Below the pieces are notes generated by a model. The model worked only from the letters and a program-made list of their open reading frames with translations. It had not been told where the DNA came from and searched no databases. Shown in pieces: positions 1 through 6,648 of a stretch of DNA of 52,345 bases (position 1 is the stretch's first letter; each line of letters opens with the position of its first letter). A program made the position numbers and the translations under genes. Source of the stretch: an uncultured Parcubacteria group bacterium (GTDB lineage Bacteria > Patescibacteriota > Minisyncoccia > UBA6257 > 2-01-FULL-56-20); contig CAIWCR010000017.1 of the NCBI GenBank assembly GCA_903911245.1, positions 1-52,345 on the forward strand, given 5' to 3'.

Positions 1-1
1 A

Positions 2-556
2 TATAAAGATCTCGAACAACTTCTTATGGCACCCAAAGGCGACAGCTTGCGCGCACTTCGTGACAAGGCAATCCTTGAAACATTTTTTTCGACTGGTTTG
101 CGACTTTCCGAACTATGCGCACTCCCCCGCACCATCGATCTTAGACGTGGCGAAGTTTCCATTCGCGGAAAAGGAGATAAAATCCGCGTCGTATTCATCG
201 CCGATTCAGCACGCGAAGCAATACAAACCTATCTCAAAAAACGCGGCGACACCGAAGGCGCACTTTTTATAAGTATCAGTAAATCAGGAAAAGTTATCGG
301 AAAAATAACACCACGATCCGTTCAGCGCCTCATTGCCACACGTGCTCGCGAAGCCGGCCTTCCAAAACACGTTCATGCGCACGAACTCAGGCATAGCTTC
401 GCGACCGATCTCCTCATGAACGGCGCCGATCTCCGTTCTGTGCAGGAACTTCTCGGACATTCCAATATCTCAACCACGCAAGCATATACCCACCTCACCA
501 ACAAAGCTCTCCGCGAAGTCCATAAAGCATTTCACGGCAAAAGAAGAGACGGATAA
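2..556 (+). CDS. Tyrosine recombinase, XerC/XerD family (5' truncated by window edge)
   Basis: Catalytic motifs TGLRLSEL, RGKGDK, HELRHSFAT, LLGHSNISTTQAYTH; the frame is open from base 2 (YKDLEQLLM...). Confidence 0.93.
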   Translation, partial: YKDLEQLLMAPKGDSLRALRDKAILETFFSTGLRLSELCALPRTIDLRRGEVSIRGKGDKIRVVFIADSAREAIQTYLKKRGDTEGALFISISKSGKVIGKITPRSVQRLIATRAREAGLPKHVHAHELRHSFATDLLMNGADLRSVQELLGHSNISTTQAYTHLTNKALREVHKAFHGKRRDG

Positions 557-598
557 TAGAAGTTAGAAAACAGAATTTAGAATATAGAATATAGAATA
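557..598 (+). repeat. Six degenerate tandem heptamers (TAGAATA-like)
   Basis: tagaagt tagaaaa cagaatt tagaata tagaata tagaata directly after the recombinase stop codon. Confidence 0.75.
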
Positions 599-627
599 CT
601 GTTCGAAAGCCAAAAAACATTCCCTTC

Positions 628-724
628 TGTCATCCTGGAATTTCGAGTCTTCGAGAAATATCCAGGACCCAGGACTAACTCATTCTCTCTCCTCTGTCAT
701 CCTCCGACTTGGTCGGAGGACCCA
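628..724 (+). repeat. Two tandem REP-like palindromes (TGTCATCC...GGAYCCA), 628-671 and 695-724
   Basis: tgtcatcctgga...tccaggaccca and tgtcatcctccgacttggtcggaggaccca; the same end motifs recur at five other sites. Confidence 0.8.
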
Positions 725-757
725 TGCTTCCAATCTTTCTTCCACAAAAACAAAAAA

Positions 758-888
758 TCGCCATAAGGCCATGGGTCAAAATAATTGGATAGACAAACCG
801 CGGAGCGGTGTTTTAGAGGAGAGAGTTTTAAAATCTCGCACTACTCCTCTGTTTGATTCCATCATTCTGACTCACAGCCTTATGGCGA
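758..888. other. 131-nt imperfect rod-like inverted repeat (RNA hairpin or DNA cruciform)
   Basis: Perfect 12-bp arms tcgccataaggc/gccttatggcga, nested near-complementary arms (gtcaaaataat/atcattctgac; ggagcggtg/cactactcc), and AGAGGAGAGAG at 815-825 near the apex. Confidence 0.75.
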
Positions 889-1007
889 CAATTTCCAAAA
901 TATCTTATATCGAAACCGCTTTCATTTCAATAATGAAACTGATCTCAAAAAAGATGGGAAGTTTTTAAAGGACTTCCCGGAACCTTTGCGGCTCCTTTTT
1001 GATGCGC

Positions 1008-1238
1008 TCAAAAAGGATAAAAGATATTTCGGTTCGCTGCCTCGTGCAGCAAAGCTGAAATACCAAGCAATACCGCAATCGAGATGTAGTAATAATACAT
1101 CTCGAGTAGGAAAACAGGATTCACTTTCTGCAATTCGGTTACGGGAAAATTCCCGAACTCGATTACAAAAACAATCCCAGCGACAAAGCCTGCAATGAGC
1201 AGACACGCATTTGCCGCAGCGCGAAAAGCTAGTGCCAT
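1008..1238 (-). CDS. Small 76-aa membrane protein (two hydrophobic segments), unknown function
   Basis: Strong SD (aaggaggtg) upstream of ATG 1238; hydrophobic stretches ACLLIAGFVAGIVFVI and YYYYISIAVLLGISALL. Confidence 0.7.
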   Translation of the reverse strand: MALAFRAAANACLLIAGFVAGIVFVIEFGNFPVTELQKVNPVFLLEMYYYYISIAVLLGISALLHEAANRNIFYPF

Positions 1239-1284
1239 TTTAAGCACCTCCTTTCTCCGTTTTAACGTTACCGGCAACGTTGTT

Positions 1285-1365
1285 CTGTTTCGCCCTTTGC
1301 GCTTCGCTTACCAAGAGGTAGCGAATACTTGGGCTCATCAGGCATAGACACGCACTCTGCGACAG
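1285..1365 (-). ncRNA. Hammerhead ribozyme, type III
   Basis: Minus strand: CUGUC^gcagagugcgugucuaugc-CUGAUGA-gccc...gggc-GAAA-cag. The core is complete; stems III (cug/cag), I and II all form; loop I UGCGU pairs with GCGCA in the stem II internal loop. Predicted cut between 1361 and 1360. Confidence 0.9.
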
Positions 1366-1535
1366 GGAAGTTTTTCAGAGAAAAACTTCCAAAACTCTTT
1401 TTTAACCCTGTCCGTTCGGAACCACCCGAACGGATTATATTGTCGCGAATGCGACAACGATTTTGAAACTCTGCCGTTTCCCGACTCGCCATTTGCTTAA
1501 GGTGCAAACGGTGACAAAAACCTTTATGAAATTAA

Positions 1536-1558
1536 CGCCGAGCTAACCTAGCTCGGCG
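1536..1558 (-). terminator. GC hairpin overlapping the stop codon of the 256-aa ORF (terminator or processing stem)
   Basis: cgccgagcta-acc-tagctcggcg perfect inverted repeat with only a weak U-tract (ttaattt) on the minus strand. Confidence 0.45.
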
Positions 1559-2313
1559 AATTTTGTCGGCAGTCTCCTGCCGACTACGACCGCCCTTTCA
1601 GAAGGGCGGACGTCGTAGATGAACCGCACCAGCTCTTCGCCGGTGTAGTTATCTGCAATTTTTTTTACGATGCCGCTTCCGGCATCGTATTCTAACCGGC
1701 AAATCTGCCGGTTAGTCGACACTTCTTGACCTCGTCCGCGGTCATAAAATGCCGCAGATGGAAATGCCGTCGGGTCTTCCGAAAAGACCCGAGCCCAGAA
1801 TTCGTCGGGCGTGTTCGCCCACCCGACGCTTTCAATCCAGAGTGCTTTTAACACTCCAGAATCTTGAAGTGGTGGCAACGCTTCAAGATATTTTCCTATA
1901 TCGGCACGGGGGATAATCCATCCCCGCGAGCCCATACAGGAATGATCTCTGACCGCAATTTCGTCGTCAAAGACGACGATATTGCAATCCATCCCGCCGA
2001 CGGCATGTACCGTCGGCACACCCGCGTAACGCAATGCGACACGCAAGCGTGGCCATGAAGCGGCCAGTTGATTGAAAGTCCCTCCTCGAGACTTTCGGAT
2101 AAAGCGGATGTGTTTACATCCGCCAAGAGACTCGTGGAGCCCCTCCACGATTGCAATAACTCCCACGTTGGGAGTTATTTTCGTGAAACCGTTTTCTAAC
2201 GGCTCCACTTTTGCAAGACATTCAATCCCATCAGGGATCATGTGTCTAACAAAAAATTTTTCACTCGGGTCGATCGTAATAATCGACCCTCTTTCGTTAA
2301 TCTTTCTGGCCAT
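1543..2313 (-). CDS. Hypothetical protein (256 aa)
   Basis: Long ORF; start moved to ATG 2313, which follows aaaggagg. No family recognised. Confidence 0.8.
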   Translation of the reverse strand: MARKINERGSIITIDPSEKFFVRHMIPDGIECLAKVEPLENGFTKITPNVGVIAIVEGLHESLGGCKHIRFIRKSRGGTFNQLAASWPRLRVALRYAGVPTVHAVGGMDCNIVVFDDEIAVRDHSCMGSRGWIIPRADIGKYLEALPPLQDSGVLKALWIESVGWANTPDEFWARVFSEDPTAFPSAAFYDRGRGQEVSTNRQICRLEYDAGSGIVKKIADNYTGEELVRFIYDVRPSERAVVVGRRLPTKFAELG

Positions 2314-2392
2314 AATAATATGACCTCCTTTCTTATTGCCCATTTTAGCGGGCACCCCGTCGCCTGTCTGACGATTGCGGGGTTTTGCCGGA

Positions 2393-3187
2393 CTAAGCGA
2401 GTCCGGCTTTTTTCATCGCTTCGGCAAGAGTGCCGAGCGATTCGCCACCTACGCTTGGCTGGTTTACATTGCCGAAATGAACTTCGGCAATATATCCAAC
2501 CACGCGGTTTGGGTCCGCGCCCCCGAAGAATTCGGGATTTCCCGAAACTTCTTCGAGGTGTCGACGCACCCGATCCCTACCGCAAACGAGGACGATATGC
2601 TCGTCCAATACTGCAGCAGGTAACGCCGCAACTCTCGCCATAAACTGGCGAGCACTCTCTTCATTTCCTTGAAAGGCAATGAAGAGAGCTCTTGGGACAT
2701 CGCTCTCCATTTTTGCCAGATCGAAATCCGGCGTATAGGAGATTGTCTGTCCCGGGTAGTCTCGCTCGTCTATAAATTGACGAGCGATGTTCTCCGCCCA
2801 ACCGAGCGGAACGGAGACGAGCGACCACATCTCGCCTCCAGACCCATGACTCGTCGAAGCTTTTGAAAGCTCACGAGTCTCGGGACCAAACACAACCGAA
2901 AAGCTCGGCCAGCGTTTGGCCCCACACCCGTTCCGATACTGTTGTACCAGAACGAGTTCCCGTTGTGCTGTCTCCTCGCAAGGAGCTATCACAACGCTTC
3001 CGTCCACGATGGCAACATGGACCACGTCCAAATTGCCATCAACAGACGACGAACCGAGAAGCCCGACATCATATCGGGTCATCCCCGAGTTCGGAGAAAA
3101 AGGAATCTGACCATCTTTGATCAGAATTCCCTTGTTTACGCTCCGACCACGGAGCGTGAGGGAAACGTGCGCTGTGCTCACAGCCAC
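2393..3187 (-). CDS. Hypothetical protein (264 aa)
   Basis: Long ORF with GTG start after ggagg, overlapping the end of the upstream ORF. No family recognised. Confidence 0.8.
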   Translation of the reverse strand: MAVSTAHVSLTLRGRSVNKGILIKDGQIPFSPNSGMTRYDVGLLGSSSVDGNLDVVHVAIVDGSVVIAPCEETAQRELVLVQQYRNGCGAKRWPSFSVVFGPETRELSKASTSHGSGGEMWSLVSVPLGWAENIARQFIDERDYPGQTISYTPDFDLAKMESDVPRALFIAFQGNEESARQFMARVAALPAAVLDEHIVLVCGRDRVRRHLEEVSGNPEFFGGADPNRVVGYIAEVHFGNVNQPSVGGESLGTLAEAMKKAGLA

Positions 3188-3699
3188 TCGCCTCCCCCAT
3201 TTGAAACTTTTTCAAGCGCCAGGCGAGCCTGGCGTTTTTCTGGCGTTTCCACACGCCAGGATCCATTCATCCACGCATACCACGTGGATGAATATTTTCC
3301 ATCGAGCCGGAATTCCGCTTCCGGCTCGATAATGGCGAGAACTTCCTCGCCATTTCCACAACGACCGGCATCGCCAAAAGCGAAGATGCCAGCCGCGATT
3401 TCCATGACACCAACAGCATCATGGATTTCATACCGGCGGCCTTTTGAATAGGCGCCGGTTGCGTTTATGATCGCGAGACAGCGCGTCTCGCTTTCATAAA
3501 CGCCCCTGACGAGGACGATGTCGCCCTCGTCGCTTTTTTTCGCCCGAACCTCGGGCCCATCCCCAATAATAGGGATGGTCTTTTCAGTCCTGCCCCTTCC
3601 TCTCTCTCCGAGGACAATCTCAGAGAGAGGCTCTCCGTCCTTCTCCAGTTCGACCAGAACTGGAGACTCGCCCGGAAAGCCAATTTTATATAATTTCAT
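3178..3699 (-). CDS. Hypothetical protein (173 aa) with LGERGRGR and AFGDAGRCG motifs
   Basis: ORF with purine-rich RBS (aagggggaaaa-ATG); co-oriented in the operon. Confidence 0.8.
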   Translation of the reverse strand: MKLYKIGFPGESPVLVELEKDGEPLSEIVLGERGRGRTEKTIPIIGDGPEVRAKKSDEGDIVLVRGVYESETRCLAIINATGAYSKGRRYEIHDAVGVMEIAAGIFAFGDAGRCGNGEEVLAIIEPEAEFRLDGKYSSTWYAWMNGSWRVETPEKRQARLALEKVSNGGGEWL

Positions 3700-3767
3700 T
3701 TTTCCCCCTTGCCCGTGCGGTAAAATTTTGCCATTTTTTTTGGCAACCGCATGGGCGAAAAAGATTT

Positions 3768-4718
3768 TTATCGGAGTACAAACTCCGACCGGCGGAGGTG
3801 CCTATCAATGACCTCCTCCACCGTGTTGGGCGTGAGTTTTGAACTCACGCCTTGAGGCGATCCACCGATAGTCGGCGAACCACCCCAACCGGGCTCGAGA
3901 GCAGAGAGCTCTGCGAGCGCGGCTTTTATGTTTACAAACCGCTCCTCGAAGGAGCAGATCGTAAACTTTCGGTGGGGTTCCCCACCGCCTAGCCGGAAAG
4001 CTGGGTTGAGCGCGATTACGACCGGGGCCAACGCATAGCCTACGGTCGTCGCCGCCCGGTGTGTCGATTCGACGACAGCAATTCTGCCGTCGAATCTCGC
4101 CTTAGCTTTGATCGCGCCGCTTTCCAGTGCCGCAATCATGTCGAGTCGTTCGCGCTCGACGTTGGAGCGGTATTGCTCGGGCTCTTCGCCCGTAAGCAAC
4201 CATCGCTCCATTACCGCAACGCGGTCGGCAATAGGGACTTTGAAATCCGCTACTGCCGCCGCAATCGCGGCAAGTGGCCGAGAAGATTCTGCCGAAGCAG
4301 ATTCTTCCGGCCACGGATCTTCTCTGGTTGGTAGAGGCTTAGGCCCCTGCCAACCGCCGCGCGCGAACTTGTCCGCCATTGCGACGGACAAAATCCGTTC
4401 GTGGCAAACAACGATATCCTTACCCCCAGAACGAAGGCAGAGTACCGCCATCGCGCCGACCGCATCGAGGTCGGCGCGAACTGTGACAAGAGTTGCGCCA
4501 ACCGGCGGCAACTCTGCATCCATCGCGGCTTCGATCGCCGCGATGGACACACTTCCCGCAACACCATGTTGCGGGTCGAGGTTTTCGATACACCGACTCG
4601 CGAGAGCCGGTATCGTAACCTCAATTCCGTAAACACCAACCGTGCTGGCGAATACGGCATTGTTGGCTTCGATCGCGGCCGGAATCGGCCGCGGGTCTAA
4701 CAACGCAAAATTAAACAT
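3768..4718 (-). CDS. Hypothetical protein, possibly a permuted DHH-like phosphoesterase (316 aa)
   Basis: SD aaggag; motifs NLDPQHG, RADLDAVGAMAVL and C-terminal GWGGSPTIGGS. The ORF is secure; the product is inference. Confidence 0.6.
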   Translation of the reverse strand: MFNFALLDPRPIPAAIEANNAVFASTVGVYGIEVTIPALASRCIENLDPQHGVAGSVSIAAIEAAMDAELPPVGATLVTVRADLDAVGAMAVLCLRSGGKDIVVCHERILSVAMADKFARGGWQGPKPLPTREDPWPEESASAESSRPLAAIAAAVADFKVPIADRVAVMERWLLTGEEPEQYRSNVERERLDMIAALESGAIKAKARFDGRIAVVESTHRAATTVGYALAPVVIALNPAFRLGGGEPHRKFTICSFEERFVNIKAALAELSALEPGWGGSPTIGGSPQGVSSKLTPNTVEEVIDRHLRRSEFVLR

Positions 4719-5437
4719 AAAATAATCTCCTTACCCCGACGCTCTTTTGTCGTCCGCAGGCATGCCACTTCATACAAGCAGCATTCTGGATACCACAAAT
4801 TGATATTCAAAATGCTACTCATACAAGTAACAAAAAGGAAATTAAATAAAGAACTTCAACACACCGCTCATAGCTCGGACGCTCCCGTGTAATAATCCGC
4901 GAACGTATAATCGCTACGAACAAATATATTGCTTATTAAGTTTTCAAAGAACTACTATCCCTCATCCAATCTATACTCTCTCCTCTAACTGATTGATTAC
5001 AGATTGCCTCTCCTCTATTTCAGGAGATTTTTGCCGTGAAGCGGTGGGTTAGACCGTTTCGCCGGCAACGTATCTCACGAAAAGAAACGTTGTAGCGCCA
5101 TGGATCATTATGATCAACGCGACATTGAAGACAGAGTCGTCGATTCCCTTTTGTCTTCGTTGCCGCTCTCGCTTATTTTCTGCGATGACATGCGCTGCGA
5201 CGAATAATAGATACAATGCCTCATGCGGTAACTCTCTCCTCGAGACCGATACCGACGGGCACCTATCGTTTATAAAAGAGCTGATGAGAATCACTTACCC
5301 GGATTCTCCTAGGTCTCTCTCCTCTAAGAAAGAAGTATGGAGGCGAATTTGGTTCCCCTGCATGCTTCTTTCTTTCCTTTGATCGCTCACTGTTCTTATT
5401 TGAAGTTGTGATGATCTTTTCCTTCTCTCATCCTCGC
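4719..5437 (-). ncRNA. Putative ~720-nt structured 5' leader or ncRNA with GAGGAGAG repeats
   Basis: Lies between a consensus promoter and the first convincing ORF; many hairpins; repeats at 4976-4986, 5008-5017, 5232-5241, 5315-5325. Confidence 0.55.
4941..4952 (-). promoter_or_regulatory. boxA-like antitermination sequence GTTCTTTGAAAA
   Basis: Matches the Firmicute-type rrn boxA and is oriented with the operon; a weaker gttcttta lies near 4847-4854. Confidence 0.55.
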
Positions 5438-5443
5438 AAGAGT

Positions 5444-5472
5444 ATTGTAGCATGGTTAGAAATATTTGTCAA
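5444..5472 (-). promoter_or_regulatory. sigma70 promoter TTGACA-17-TACAAT with extended -10 TG
   Basis: Minus strand ttgaca aatatttctaaccatgc tacaat. Confidence 0.8.
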
Positions 5473-5678
5473 GGACTTGTGGAGATATTTCTTGTAATCC
5501 TAGCTAGACTATATAAAATATGACGTTTTTCGCTTATTTTATTACTATATTTTGTCACAAAACCGTGAAAGCTATATAAACAAAGGGGGCGTTTTCATAC
5601 CTTTGAAATATTTTTGTAATAAAAAATATCACATGGTATTATCTCTATAGGACTTACGAAAAATTATAAAACCCTCTC

Positions 5679-5810
5679 TGTCATCCTGGAAAACGCGAGT
5701 TTTCGAGCGTTTATCCAGGATCCAGGCTTGTATTTTCTTTGATTAAAGAAATGCAGATTAATCCTGGTTCCTGGATACTCCGACCAAGGAGTCGGAGTTC
5801 CAGGATGACA
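5679..5810. repeat. Inverted pair of REP-like palindromes (5679-5724 +, 5765-5810 -)
   Basis: tgtcatcctgga...tccaggatcca and tggttcctgga...tccaggatgaca. Confidence 0.8.
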
Positions 5811-5874
5811 AAGGGGAAAACAAAGAAGTGTAATTTTTCGGAATTTTGCTTAAGTCTTAATCTATAATAAAGAT

Positions 5875-6648
5875 ATGTACGAACAAACACTTACCCAAGC
5901 AGGGCTTTCAGAGGATCAGGCTCGTGTATATGAAACGCTTCTCAAGCACGGAAACTCCCCCGCGAGCAAAATAAGCACCTATACAGGACTCAAACGAGGC
6001 CTTACGTATAAGGTTCTTGATGAACTCGAAAAGGCAGGGCTGATTATAAAGCACGAAAAAGAAGGATCAGTCGCGCAATTCGAACCGGCGCATCCTTTGA
6101 AGCTCAAAGATCTTGCCGACAAAAAGACGCGCGAAGCAGCGGATGCCCACGTTGCGCTTGATGGGATCATAAGTCCGCTTATTTCTGATTTTAATCTGGT
6201 TTCGGGGAGGCCCGGCGTTCTTGTTTATGAAGGTCTTGATGGTATAAAAAAGGTTCTCAACGATACTCTCACGTCAAAAACCGAAATTTGTTCATATGGC
6301 GATATTGAAGCAATTGTAAAAAACTTCGGCGACATAAATAAAGCGTATGGAATAAAAAGAGAGAAGCTCGGCATTAAACGCAGAGGCCTCCTTCTCGACA
6401 CCTTGTTTGCACGAGAATATCTCAAAGATTATCACTCTGCAGTAACTGAAAATCGATTTATTCGCACCGAAGCAGTGCCATTTAAAAGCATTATGAATAT
6501 CTATGACGAAAAAATTGCTTACATCACACTACAGCCAGAAAAAATAATATGCGCGATCATTGCCAATAAAGATATTTACGAAATGCATCAATGCCTTTTT
6601 GAGTATCTTTGGAACATTACCGAACAAATCAAGCCACTTCACGAATAG
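5875..6648 (+). CDS. TrmB-family transcriptional regulator
   Basis: N-terminal GLSEDQARVYETLL...GLKRGLTYKVLDELEKAGLI winged HTH; C-terminal YEGLDGI and IYDEKIA effector-binding region. Confidence 0.88.
   Translation: MYEQTLTQAGLSEDQARVYETLLKHGNSPASKISTYTGLKRGLTYKVLDELEKAGLIIKHEKEGSVAQFEPAHPLKLKDLADKKTREAADAHVALDGIISPLISDFNLVSGRPGVLVYEGLDGIKKVLNDTLTSKTEICSYGDIEAIVKNFGDINKAYGIKREKLGIKRRGLLLDTLFAREYLKDYHSAVTENRFIRTEAVPFKSIMNIYDEKIAYITLQPEKIICAIIANKDIYEMHQCLFEYLWNITEQIKPLHE

Noticed and set aside
2-888. Integron (integrase plus attC-like hairpins)
   Set aside because: The recombinase lacks the IntI-specific insertion and looks like XerC/D; I found no convincing RYYYAAC/GTTRRRY cassette boundaries.
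1268-1507. 79-aa minus-strand ORF
   Set aside because: TTG start without SD, running through the hairpin array and ribozyme; probably spurious.
5281-5310. Second hammerhead: CTGATGA-gaatc...gattc on the plus strand
   Set aside because: The stem is followed by TCC rather than GAAA, so the core is incomplete, and it is antisense to the operon.
4976-5325. CRISPR array from the repeated motif
   Set aside because: Repeats are only 10-13 nt, spacing is irregular, and no cas genes are present.
5049-5382. ORFs 5049-5294 (-) and 5110-5382 (+) as genes
   Set aside because: No recognisable motifs or well-placed RBS, and they overlap dense hairpins. Not formally excluded.
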